64,000 nt of DNA, taken from NCBI GenBank assembly GCA_050251875.1, contig JBFWMA010000005.1, positions 128,001-192,000 on the forward strand, in the 5' to 3' direction. The notes beneath the pieces are model-generated. The model saw only the letters and a list, made by a program, of their open reading frames with translations. It did not search any database and was not told the origin of the DNA. The position numbers and the translations under genes are program-made. Positions within the stretch are counted from its first letter, which is position 1. Each line of letters starts with the position of its first letter. This DNA comes from Deferribacterales bacterium (lineage in GTDB: Bacteria > Chrysiogenota > Deferribacteres > Deferribacterales > Geovibrionaceae). Positions 1 to 8,987 of the stretch are shown here, piece by piece.

Positions 1-692
1 TTTCCGGCGTCCATGTTTTTCTCCAGAACAACACCGTCAAAGGGCGCTCTGAGCTGGGTGTATGACAGATATGTGTTCACCTCGCTTCTCATGGCTGCCG
101 CCTGTTTTGCCTTTATTTTCACCTGCTCCACCTTCTGCTGGGACAGGTCCACATTTTCCTGAGATATATTGTACTGCTGTTTCGCCAGATTATACTGAGC
201 TTCCACCTGATCGAATTCCTGCTTGCTCACGCTGTTGTTTTTAATCAGGTTGCTGTAGCGGTTATATGTTTTTTCCGCCAGTTCATACTGTGATTTTGCC
301 TGATTCTGCTGAGCCACCGCCATTTTGTAGCCTATCTCCGCCTGTCTCAGACCGTTCTGAGCTTCCTGTTCGCTGGAGTCGGCGAAAGCCATTTTCTGTT
401 CCAGCTCACCGGATTTGATGACGGCGAGAAGCTCACCTTTCTTCACATGCTGACCGGGTGTTACATTTATCTGCTCTACATATCCAGTGACTTTGGGGAT
501 GATTATAGCGGTTTTGTCGCTGGATATTGTGGCTGTGAAACTTCTGGATGAGTCGGCATCGGTAAGAGCCACGGTGTAGGTCTTCACCTTCACGGTAGCC
601 GGAGCGTTCATCGCCTCATCAGACTTTTCCTTGCCCCCGCAGGCAGTTAACATGGCAAGCATGGCGGTCGTGACAATCAGTTTGCGAAACAT
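1..692 (-). CDS. RND efflux periplasmic adaptor (membrane fusion) lipoprotein, truncated at window edge
   Basis: Manual translation from ATG at 692: MFRKLIVTTAMLAMLTAC (lipobox), lipoyl-type PKVTGYVEQINVTPGQHVKKGELL, coiled coil, YTQLRAPFDGVV; downstream of TolC. Confidence 0.85.
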   Translation of the reverse strand, partial: MFRKLIVTTAMLAMLTACGGKEKSDEAMNAPATVKVKTYTVALTDADSSRSFTATISSDKTAIIIPKVTGYVEQINVTPGQHVKKGELLAVIKSGELEQKMAFADSSEQEAQNGLRQAEIGYKMAVAQQNQAKSQYELAEKTYNRYSNLIKNNSVSKQEFDQVEAQYNLAKQQYNISQENVDLSQQKVEQVKIKAKQAAAMRSEVNTYLSYTQLRAPFDGVVLEKNMDAG

Positions 693-723
693 TGCGTACC
701 TCTATTTTTTATTATATTCAAAT

Positions 724-751
724 ATTATAATATATTGAAACTACATTTCAA
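724..751 (-). promoter_or_regulatory. Putative sigma70 promoter for adaptor gene
   Basis: TTGAAA-N16-TATAAT on minus strand, ~30 nt before ATG. Confidence 0.45.
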
Positions 752-824
752 GAGGTTTGTTCATTAACCATAAAAACCCCGTGAAACCGTCAGCGCCCCA
801 TGAGCGCTGACTGAAAAATTTTTA

Positions 825-2144
825 CTACTTTAAGTTGCCGGCGGCCAGATGAAGACCTGCCTTCTCAACGATTAGCTGATATTCAGACATATAGAGTGAG
901 AGCTCTGCCTGCTTCAGATCCACCTCTCGGTCGAGCAGCTCTGTCACTTTAGACAGACCCTCATTGAACCTGTTCTCGGTAATGGTAAGAGCGCTCTGCG
1001 CCGCTTCCACTCTTTTGCGTGATGCCTCAATCTGTTTTGATGCGGTGATAACACCGTAAAATGAATTTTTTATTTCTGACTTTATTTCGAGTTTTTTATC
1101 CGCTATCTGGTGAAGGAGAGCGTAATATTTGCTTTTGGTCTCTCTGACCTTGTTGAAGTCGCTGAATCCCTTGAAGAGATTCAGATCGGCCTGAACGCCG
1201 TATGTTGTGCCGCTTCCGTTGTCCCCCATGAAATCGTCATCGCTGCGCTGATAATCGGCGAAGAGATAAACGGAAGGCAGAAACGCTGTTTTCGCCTTAG
1301 TGTTCTCATAGTCTGTGGCTTTGAGATAATTTTCCATGGCGGTCAGATCCTGACGCTGAGCCAGACCCGCTTTGGTGTATTTGTCCAGATCGTCCGAAAA
1401 CTCCATCTCCGGATTGCTCCAGACCACCTGAATGGTCTCGTCAGAGTCTATCAGCCTCTGGAGCTGGCTCATAGCCACCTGATGCTGTCTTTCCGCTTCT
1501 TTCATCGCCTGCTCGTTCATCAGCAGGTAGCTTTCGGAAACCATCAGGTCGCTTTTCACGATCAGTCCGTTGGTGTAGAAATCTTTGGCGGTTTTATAAT
1601 ATTTTGCCGTGCGGTCGTATGACTGACAGGCAACGTCTTTCGCTTTTTCCGCCAGAGCCAGACCATAGAAAGCCATGTGCAGGTTGAAAAGAGTGTTCTG
1701 AGTGACACGCTCTGTCTGCATGCGGCTGGCGTCATAAGCACGGGAAGCCTGTTTTATGCCGAAGAAAATCTGTCCCTGCATGAACACCGGCTGAACCACC
1801 TGAAGTTTGGTGGTGTAGTTGGTGACAGTGTCGGGGTCGGCGAGCTGTCCTGTGAAATAGGGCATGTCGAAACGTCCCTGTCTCATCATGGCAAATGCGG
1901 CGTTGCCAGGCTCGTCCGTCTTCATTATAGTCTGCGAGAGTGATACCTGCGGCAGAAGAGACCCGATCGCCTGATCCTTCTGAAAGCGCGCGGCATCCTC
2001 CTGCGCCTTGTAGGATTTTATGATATAAGAGTTGGAAAGAGCCATCGATCTGGCTTCTTCAAAAGTAAGCTGTCTGCTTTCCGCCTGAGCGAAGCAGAGT
2101 AAAAGAGCGGCTGTTAGTGCTGCTCTTCGCACGGGGATTTGCAT
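825..2144 (-). CDS. TolC-family outer membrane efflux protein
   Basis: Signal peptide, LLPQVSL and FLPSVYL repeats, ENRFNEGL motif, 439 aa. Confidence 0.9.
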   Translation of the reverse strand: MQIPVRRAALTAALLLCFAQAESRQLTFEEARSMALSNSYIIKSYKAQEDAARFQKDQAIGSLLPQVSLSQTIMKTDEPGNAAFAMMRQGRFDMPYFTGQLADPDTVTNYTTKLQVVQPVFMQGQIFFGIKQASRAYDASRMQTERVTQNTLFNLHMAFYGLALAEKAKDVACQSYDRTAKYYKTAKDFYTNGLIVKSDLMVSESYLLMNEQAMKEAERQHQVAMSQLQRLIDSDETIQVVWSNPEMEFSDDLDKYTKAGLAQRQDLTAMENYLKATDYENTKAKTAFLPSVYLFADYQRSDDDFMGDNGSGTTYGVQADLNLFKGFSDFNKVRETKSKYYALLHQIADKKLEIKSEIKNSFYGVITASKQIEASRKRVEAAQSALTITENRFNEGLSKVTELLDREVDLKQAELSLYMSEYQLIVEKAGLHLAAGNLK

Positions 2145-2416
2145 CCTGTCTTCTCCATAAGTTCCTTAATCATTGCCTTGATACCATCGTCAGCTATGCT
2201 GTAACATATGCTGGTGCCGGTTCTTTTGCCTTTTATAAGCCCTTTGTTTTTAAGAATGGCAAGGTGCTGGCTGGTCGTTGCCTGCGGAATATCAAGTCCT
2301 TTGCATATTTTGGTAACATTGCACTCATTACTCATAAGACCCACCATCAGTTTAAGCCTGATAGGGTGTCCTATAGCCTTGAGTTTTTCTGAGTACGTTG
2401 CAAACCATTCGTCCAT
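2114..2416 (-). CDS. ArsR/SmtB-family transcriptional regulator
   Basis: KAIGHPIRL...SQHLAILKNKGLI; start reassigned to ATG 2416 after GGAGG SD. Confidence 0.9.
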   Translation of the reverse strand: MDEWFATYSEKLKAIGHPIRLKLMVGLMSNECNVTKICKGLDIPQATTSQHLAILKNKGLIKGKRTGTSICYSIADDGIKAMIKELMEKTGCKSPCEEQH

Positions 2417-2436
2417 TTTGTCCTCCGAGCAAAAAA

Positions 2437-2476
2437 TGAATATATGAATATTATTAACTTCCGGTTCCCGTGTCAA
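2437..2476 (-). promoter_or_regulatory. sigma70 promoter with overlapping ArsR-type operator
   Basis: TTGACA-N17-TAATAT followed by ATATTCATATATTCAT. Confidence 0.55.
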
Positions 2477-2641
2477 CGGCAAAGTTATTATTTTTTTATG
2501 GAGAAAATCCGACAAAAAACAGCGGTATACACGGCTTTCAGTCCTGTCCGGGGCTTATCCCATAGGTAAAATGAGAAAGGAAGGGCACAGCGCATAAAGT
2601 AATTCTTGATTTAATTACTATGTCTGGCATATTAGACAGCA

Positions 2642-3565
2642 ATGGAAATCATCAGAGATCTATCGCACTATAAAGCAGAGAGGGATATGGTTGTCAGCAT
2701 AGGCAACTTCGATGGTCTGCATGTCGGACACGCCGCTCTGGCGGAGCGTGTGGTTACGCTCGCCCGTGAGAGGGGGCTGATGAGCGCTTTCGTCTCTTTC
2801 GACCCTCACCCTATGAAGTTCTTCGGAGCGGATGTAAAGCTGCTTCAGACCGAAGAGATGAAGATCAGGGAGTTCGAACGGCTGGGCGCCGACAAACTTT
2901 TTCTGCTGAAATTCGATGAACATATAGCGGGTATCAATCCGGAGATTTTCGTCAGCGAATATCTTCTGAAAACCATGCGTGCCAGATTCATCGTTGTGGG
3001 ATACGACTACCGCTTCGGGCGCAACCGCACCGGATCATACGAATTTCTGAAGATGCTCGAGCCGAAATACGGCTTCACCGCTATCCGTGTGGACAAGGTG
3101 GTGGTGGACGGCATTACCGCATCCAGCAGCAATATCCGAAAATATCTCATGGAAGGCGACCCGGAAACAGCGGCTATGCTTCTGGGGCGCAGATACTGCA
3201 TGGCGGGCGAGGTAGTGCGTGGAGACGGTATAGCCACCAGAATGGGCTTTCCGACAGCGAATATAAAAGTGGACAATGAGCTGATCCCGATGAACGGAAT
3301 CTATGCCGCGGTTGTCCATATAGATGACAATATATATAATGGTGCTCTCTACATAGGCGAACGCCCCACCGTGGCGGAGGGGATGAGCAAACGTGTGGAG
3401 GTCAACGTTTTCGATTTTAAAGACAGTCTTTACGGAAAGACCATAGAGGTCGAGGTGGCTAAGTTTATCAGGGGCGACAGAAGATTCGGTTCTGTGGATG
3501 AGCTCACCGGGCAGATAAAGATCGACTGTGAAAATATAAGGGTGTTCTTTGGCGGACAAAATTAA
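2642..3565 (+). CDS. ribF: Bifunctional riboflavin kinase/FAD synthetase
   Basis: GNFDGLHVGH, VGYDYRFG, GFPTAN, GERPT motifs. Confidence 0.97.
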   Translation: MEIIRDLSHYKAERDMVVSIGNFDGLHVGHAALAERVVTLARERGLMSAFVSFDPHPMKFFGADVKLLQTEEMKIREFERLGADKLFLLKFDEHIAGINPEIFVSEYLLKTMRARFIVVGYDYRFGRNRTGSYEFLKMLEPKYGFTAIRVDKVVVDGITASSSNIRKYLMEGDPETAAMLLGRRYCMAGEVVRGDGIATRMGFPTANIKVDNELIPMNGIYAAVVHIDDNIYNGALYIGERPTVAEGMSKRVEVNVFDFKDSLYGKTIEVEVAKFIRGDRRFGSVDELTGQIKIDCENIRVFFGGQN

Positions 3566-4859
3566 GAAAATATCATTCATCAGCCTCGGCTGTTCAAAAA
3601 ATCAGGTGGATCTGGAATATCTCATGGGCGCCGTGCGTGACGAGGGATATCAGATTACTCATATCCCGGAAGATTCAGACGCCATAGTCATAAACACCTG
3701 CGGGTTTATAGAACCGGCGGTGACAGAGGCTATCGACAATATTCTGGAGATGAGCGGAAGAAAGAAGAAGGAAGCAAAGCTCATCGTCACCGGATGTATG
3801 AGCGAAAGATACAAAGGCGAGCTATTAAACGAGATGCCGGAGATCGACTACTTCACAGGGGTGGGCGATCTGGACAAAGTTATCGGATATCTGAACGGCA
3901 CAGACTGCCGTCCGGCGAATTACGGCACGGCAAGACTGATCGCCAACACTCCCTACTATGCCTATCTGAAAATCTCCGAAGGATGCAACAACAGATGTTC
4001 CTACTGCGCCATTCCCGGCATCAGGGGAAATCTGGTGAGCAGAAAGAAAGAAGATATTATAGACGAGGCGAAGAGCCTGATAGATCAGGGGATAAAAGAG
4101 CTGATCGTCATATCTCAGGACAATACGAAATACGGCACGGATATATACGGCAAAAAGATGATCGCCCCGCTCTTAAAAGAACTGGCGGGACTGGACGGCG
4201 ATTTTAAGATCAGGGTTATGTATATGAACCCGGACGGAGTGGACAAAGAACTGGTGGATACCATATGCAAAACGGATAAGATCCTGAGCTATTTTGATAT
4301 TCCGGTTCAGCACTACAGCGCCAGAATATTGAAATCCATGAAGAGAAAATCAAACCCAGCCACCATAGACAGGGTATTTGACATGATAAGAGAGGCTGAC
4401 AAAGACAGCTTTCTCCGCACAACCTGCATAGTCGGTTTTCCCGGGGAGACCCAGGAAGATTTTGACGAACTCATCGCTTTTCTGCGTAAGCATAAGCCGG
4501 ACTTTGCCGGATTTTTCCCGTATTACAGGGAGAAAGGGACACAGGCATATACTCTGGGCGCCCCTCTGGGCAAGCGTGAGGTGAACAGACGCATCCGGGT
4601 TCTGGAAAAGATACAGAAAGAAAATACCAATACTCGCTTGAAATCATTGAAAAAACAGGACATAATCTGCTACGTTGAGGGGGAGAGCGAGGAGTCAGAA
4701 TTCATCCTTCAGGGCAGGGCGCAGTTTCAGGCGCCGGATATAGACGGGCGGGCCTACATCATTGGCGGGCTGGCGGACAGCGGATACGGTCCGTATCCAT
4801 GCAGAATAAAGAAGATAGTTTATCCCGATATATATTGCGAAATAATAGAAAAATGGTGA
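3549..4859 (+). CDS. rimO: Ribosomal protein S12 methylthiotransferase
   Basis: SLGCSKN, NTCGFI, radical-SAM CNNRCSYC, APDIDG; TTG start. Confidence 0.95.
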   Translation: MADKIKKISFISLGCSKNQVDLEYLMGAVRDEGYQITHIPEDSDAIVINTCGFIEPAVTEAIDNILEMSGRKKKEAKLIVTGCMSERYKGELLNEMPEIDYFTGVGDLDKVIGYLNGTDCRPANYGTARLIANTPYYAYLKISEGCNNRCSYCAIPGIRGNLVSRKKEDIIDEAKSLIDQGIKELIVISQDNTKYGTDIYGKKMIAPLLKELAGLDGDFKIRVMYMNPDGVDKELVDTICKTDKILSYFDIPVQHYSARILKSMKRKSNPATIDRVFDMIREADKDSFLRTTCIVGFPGETQEDFDELIAFLRKHKPDFAGFFPYYREKGTQAYTLGAPLGKREVNRRIRVLEKIQKENTNTRLKSLKKQDIICYVEGESEESEFILQGRAQFQAPDIDGRAYIIGGLADSGYGPYPCRIKKIVYPDIYCEIIEKW

Positions 4860-4864
4860 TACCG

Positions 4865-5686
4865 ATGAGAAAGATCATAGCTGTATTAATATGCGCCGCG
4901 GCGCTTTTTTCATGTGCCAAACAGCAGCCCAAGCTGACTGCTGATGAAAGTATGAAAAAGGGTCTCGCACTGTTTCAGAAAAAAGACTATTCAGACTCAA
5001 TAGCTTATTTTGAAAATACCATCATGGAAGCGGATAACCCCGAGATAGCCGCCAAGGCTCAGCTCTTTCTGGCGGATGCGTATTTCCTTGATAAAAAATA
5101 TCCCGAGGCGATCCCCGCCTATGAACAGTATCTGGATATCTACAGCGACACAGAGGACGCGAATCTGGCTATGCTCCGCATGGGTCTCTCGCACTATGCT
5201 CTGATAGACAAGATAGACAGAGACATGGGGGCTGTTGAGGGCGCTCTTAAGAGTTTCACTCGTCTGAGAGAGAAAGACCCCGGTTTCGCCCGTGAATACG
5301 AGCTTACCAAGAAGATTGTCGAGCTGAGAAGCATGCTTTCGGCGAGGGAGCTTTATGTCGCTAAATTTTACTTCCGCATAGGCAAACCCGCCGCCGGAGA
5401 GACCAGACTGCTCTATATGTTTGAAAAATATAAAGACACTCCGGAATATGAGGACGGTCTCTTCATATACGCCAACTGGCTGGCAAAGCAGAACGGCAGA
5501 GAGAGAGAGGCTATGCAGTATTACAACCTGCTGCTGAAAGAGTTTCCCCAGACAAAACACGCCAAAGATGTTGCCGGCGGTCTGGCAAAACTTCTGGCTA
5601 AAGTGACAGCCGATCTGGAGAAAAAACAGAAAGAGGCTCAAAAAGCCGAAACAAAACAGGAAGAACCGAAGGAAGGAACCAAATAG
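4865..5686 (+). CDS. bamD: Outer membrane protein assembly lipoprotein BamD
   Basis: Lipobox LFSC, TPR repeats, ELYVAKFY motif; start reassigned to ATG 4865. Confidence 0.85.
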   Translation: MRKIIAVLICAAALFSCAKQQPKLTADESMKKGLALFQKKDYSDSIAYFENTIMEADNPEIAAKAQLFLADAYFLDKKYPEAIPAYEQYLDIYSDTEDANLAMLRMGLSHYALIDKIDRDMGAVEGALKSFTRLREKDPGFAREYELTKKIVELRSMLSARELYVAKFYFRIGKPAAGETRLLYMFEKYKDTPEYEDGLFIYANWLAKQNGREREAMQYYNLLLKEFPQTKHAKDVAGGLAKLLAKVTADLEKKQKEAQKAETKQEEPKEGTK

Positions 5687-6958
5687 ATGCTGGATATCAA
5701 GTACATTATAGCTAATCTGGACGAAGTGAAGGCGAAAACGGCAAAAAGAGGCGCCGAGTTCGACTTCGACACTCTGGCAAAGCTGGACGCCGAAAGAAAA
5801 AAACTTCAGGCGCTGAATGACGAGCTGAAAAACGAAAAAAATAAAATAAGCAAAGAGATAGGAAAGATAAAACAGGCGGGCGGCGACATCTCCGAAGTTC
5901 AGGAGAAGATGCGCAAAGACGGTGAAGAGATAGACGCCAATGATAAAACCATGGCGGACATACTCGAGAAGATGAACGAGATGCTCTATACCCTGCCCAA
6001 CCTTGTGAAGGACGAAATCCCCGTGGGCAAGGACGAGACAGAGAATGTTCTGCTCAGAACATGGGGCGAGCCCAGAAAATTTTCCTTCGAGCCTAAGGCT
6101 CACTGGGACATAGCCGAAGGGCTTAAGATGCTCGATTTCGAGCGTGGAACAAAGATAGCGAAATCAAGATTTACCGCATATACAGGCATGGGAGCCAAGC
6201 TGGAGAGGGCTCTCATCAACTTCATGCTGGATACGCACGCCAAAAGGGGCTACACGGAAGTTCTGGCGCCCTATCTGGTGAACGCTCAGGCGATGACAGG
6301 CACAGGTCAGCTTCCGAAATTTGAGGAAGAACTCTTCAAATGTGAGCGTGACGGTCTGTATCTGATTCCCACAGCGGAAGTTTCCGTTACAAACCTCTAC
6401 AGCGGAGAGATGCTCTCCGAAGCGGATCTTCCCATCCGCCACTGTTCATATTCCGCCTGTTTCCGCAGAGAAGCGGGTTCACACGGAAAAGACGTGCGCG
6501 GGCTCATCCGCCAGCACCAGTTCAACAAGGTTGAGTTGGTTAAAATAACAGCTCCCGAGGATTCCGAAAACGAGCTTATGGAGCTGCTGGATTCAGCGGA
6601 AAATATCCTCCGCCTGCTCGGTCTGCCCTACAGAGTGATGACACTCTGCTCCGGCGATGTGGGATTCTCATCAGCGAAAACATTCGACATCGAAGTGTGG
6701 CTGCCTTCAGCCGACACATACAGAGAGATATCCTCCTGCTCCACATTCGAGGACTTTCAGGCGAGAAGGGCATCCATCCGCTTCCGCAGAAAGGACGGAA
6801 AAAAGGTCGAGTTCGCTCACACTCTGAACGGATCAGGTCTTGCCGTGGGCAGAACGTTTCTGGCAGTGCTCGAAAACTATCAGAACGAGGACGGCACGGT
6901 CACAGTGCCGGAGGTTCTTCGTCCTTATCTCGGCGGCATAGAGAAGATAACATTATGA
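5687..6958 (+). CDS. serS: Serine--tRNA ligase
   Basis: MLDIK N-terminus, LIPTAEV, FRREAG, RQHQFNKVE, HTLNGSGLAVGR. Confidence 0.99.
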   Translation: MLDIKYIIANLDEVKAKTAKRGAEFDFDTLAKLDAERKKLQALNDELKNEKNKISKEIGKIKQAGGDISEVQEKMRKDGEEIDANDKTMADILEKMNEMLYTLPNLVKDEIPVGKDETENVLLRTWGEPRKFSFEPKAHWDIAEGLKMLDFERGTKIAKSRFTAYTGMGAKLERALINFMLDTHAKRGYTEVLAPYLVNAQAMTGTGQLPKFEEELFKCERDGLYLIPTAEVSVTNLYSGEMLSEADLPIRHCSYSACFRREAGSHGKDVRGLIRQHQFNKVELVKITAPEDSENELMELLDSAENILRLLGLPYRVMTLCSGDVGFSSAKTFDIEVWLPSADTYREISSCSTFEDFQARRASIRFRRKDGKKVEFAHTLNGSGLAVGRTFLAVLENYQNEDGTVTVPEVLRPYLGGIEKITL

Positions 6959-7632
6959 GCCAGAAAACATTATATGTTGCCGGCACCAGCATAAACGGAG
7001 AGTATTCAGGCTCGCCTGCTTATCTTTTCGAGGTTGTCGAAAAATGCTCCCTTATTATAGGGGAGGATAAGAGAAATCTGGGCAGGATGCTTGCCGCTTC
7101 CGGTTTTCGTGACAAGGAGCAGATGCTTCTGAACGAACACTCGCTGGACAGGGACAAGGAATTTCTGCTGGATATATGCAAAGATCACGAAAATATCCTG
7201 ATTATGAGCGACTCAGGCACTCCCTGTGTTGCCGATCCCGGATATGATTTTGTCAACATGGCATGGGAAGCCGGATTCAATGTGATATCCGTTCCCGGAC
7301 CTTCATCTATAATAGCGGCGCTTTCTGTCTCCGGATATTTTGCCGAACGTTTCTATTTCGCCGGATTTCCCCCGAAAGAGAATGTTCAGCGCAAAAAATT
7401 TATGGACAGGGTGATGAACAACAAAGACACAGTCATCATCTTCGAAAGACCCTATCACGCTAACCAGCTCATCGAAGAGGTCTGTTTTATCGACCGCCCA
7501 ATGAGCATGTCTTTTAATCTGGGCATGCCGGATGAAAAGACCTACAGAGGCACGGCGAAAGAGATTTCACAGGCTATTCCCGATAAGATCAAAAAACCTT
7601 TCGTCTTAGTCATTAAAGGTAGTCATTCTTAG
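6955..7632 (+). CDS. rsmI: RsmI-like 16S rRNA 2'-O-methyltransferase (tetrapyrrole methylase family)
   Basis: SDSGTPCVADPG, VPGPSS, FYFAGFPP; ATGA overlap with serS. Confidence 0.8.
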   Translation: MSQKTLYVAGTSINGEYSGSPAYLFEVVEKCSLIIGEDKRNLGRMLAASGFRDKEQMLLNEHSLDRDKEFLLDICKDHENILIMSDSGTPCVADPGYDFVNMAWEAGFNVISVPGPSSIIAALSVSGYFAERFYFAGFPPKENVQRKKFMDRVMNNKDTVIIFERPYHANQLIEEVCFIDRPMSMSFNLGMPDEKTYRGTAKEISQAIPDKIKKPFVLVIKGSHS

Positions 7633-7644
7633 TACGTGTTTCAC

Positions 7645-7697
7645 GGAGCATATGAGCACAGATTTTAGCTGACGTGAGCACACATAGAGTGAGCACA
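7645..7697 (+). repeat. Direct repeats TGAGCACA x3 plus variant GGAGCATA
   Basis: Exact copies at 7653, 7675, 7690; variant at 7645. Confidence 0.7.
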
Positions 7698-7915
7698 GCA
7701 TGACTTATTTTGATGCAATTTCTGTTACACTTATCGCATTTATTTTTGTGTTATGTTTTAGTAAAACTGTTCGATACGATAATATGAATTACCATTGTGG
7801 AAAATTTTTCCGGTTGATATTGGCAGGGGACATGCTATATTTTAAATTAATCACTCAGATTAATTGTGTTAGCAATAACAAAAGCATAATACTAATAATA
7901 AAGGTTTAACAACAC

Positions 7916-8494
7916 ATGCTAACTTATATGAAAATAATACAGATTATCAACTATTTTACGAGATTATCTGGTAATAAAATTAACAAGCTAAAGCTAATAA
8001 AACTCATTTATTTCACTGATAAATATCATTTGCGCAAATATGGTAGAACAGCAACCAATGATGAGTACTGGGCGATGAAACGTGGTCCTGTGCAAAGTGT
8101 TACAAAAGATCTAATTGATGGAACAGATTTTCTTTCACCAAAAGAGTTAGAATACCGTAAATCCTATATTATGAAAGAAGGTAATACTATCGCATCACTT
8201 TGTGATGTTAATGAAGATTATCTTTCGGACTCAGAAATAAGCGCTATGGATTTTATATGGGAGCAATACGGCAAGTTAACCCATGGGCAACTTATAGACA
8301 AATCACATGAAAATATTGAATGGAAGAAATATGAAGATAGATTAAATGCTGGCAGTGCAAGAGAAAAGATGAATATTATAGATTTCTTTTCAGACTCTAA
8401 TGATGAATTGTCAAAAAGTACTGCTAATGGTTTAGATGAAAGTAAGGCTATTTTTGAAGAAAACGAAGCAATCAAGAGTTTGCTTAGAATATGA
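7916..8494 (+). CDS. Panacea (DUF4065/SocA/GepA) domain antitoxin-like protein
   Basis: KLKLIKLIYFTD..HL..YG...EYWAMKRGPV...L...SH...W pattern; AT-rich. Confidence 0.8.
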   Translation: MLTYMKIIQIINYFTRLSGNKINKLKLIKLIYFTDKYHLRKYGRTATNDEYWAMKRGPVQSVTKDLIDGTDFLSPKELEYRKSYIMKEGNTIASLCDVNEDYLSDSEISAMDFIWEQYGKLTHGQLIDKSHENIEWKKYEDRLNAGSAREKMNIIDFFSDSNDELSKSTANGLDESKAIFEENEAIKSLLRI

Positions 8495-8919
8495 TTTTTC
8501 CAAAAGATAAATTTATCGAAAGACTAAAATTTGGACATGTGGTAAGGTTTTCTCATCCTAAATTTCCAGAAAAAGAGCATTTCTTTGTTATCGTAGACAA
8601 TTCTCCAAATAAGATTCCGCCAATGATTAGCCTAATCAGTTCAAAAAGTTGCAGTAATAAAAGATCATATGTGGTAGTCGAAGAACATGAATATGATTTT
8701 TTTACAATGCAGTCCTTTATTGATTGTGATCAGGTATATGATGTAACACCAGATGGATTGTATGAGTTATATAAGGAATCTCGGCTTTCCATACAAGGGA
8801 CATTACTTCAGCCCACTTTGGAAAAAATTAAGGATACTTGTTGGAAGAGCGTGGGTCTTGAAAAGTCATATAAAAAGCGTATTGTGAATGCTTACAATAA
8901 AGTATTTAATATTAATTAA
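8491..8919 (+). CDS. Hypothetical protein, putative PemK/MazF-fold toxin
   Basis: GHVVRF...KEHFFVIV...ISS...SFIDCDQV...GTL...LEKI pattern; ATGA overlap with Panacea gene. Confidence 0.55.
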   Translation: MIFPKDKFIERLKFGHVVRFSHPKFPEKEHFFVIVDNSPNKIPPMISLISSKSCSNKRSYVVVEEHEYDFFTMQSFIDCDQVYDVTPDGLYELYKESRLSIQGTLLQPTLEKIKDTCWKSVGLEKSYKKRIVNAYNKVFNIN

Positions 8920-8987
8920 TATATAATGCGGCTAATGTGATTATTGGTAATTATCTATTAATTATTGAACTTAATCGTCATTAACTT

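Noticed and set aside
2606..2644. Leaderless ribF transcript (TTGATT-N16-CATATT just before an SD-less ATG)
   Set aside because: Promoter match too weak to assert without TSS data
4997..6103. 368-aa antisense ORF and many similar shadow ORFs across the rpo, rpl/rps and nif genes
   Set aside because: Antisense or off-frame to well-conserved genes, with no recognisable motifs; expected from codon bias
7645..7697. CRISPR array or iterons
   Set aside because: Repeats are only 8 bp with irregular 22/15-bp spacing; no cas or rep gene
7700..7909. 69-aa hydrophobic ORF upstream of the Panacea gene (possible third component)
   Set aside because: No SD, composition explained by AT-rich DNA, and it occupies the likely promoter region; cannot be supported
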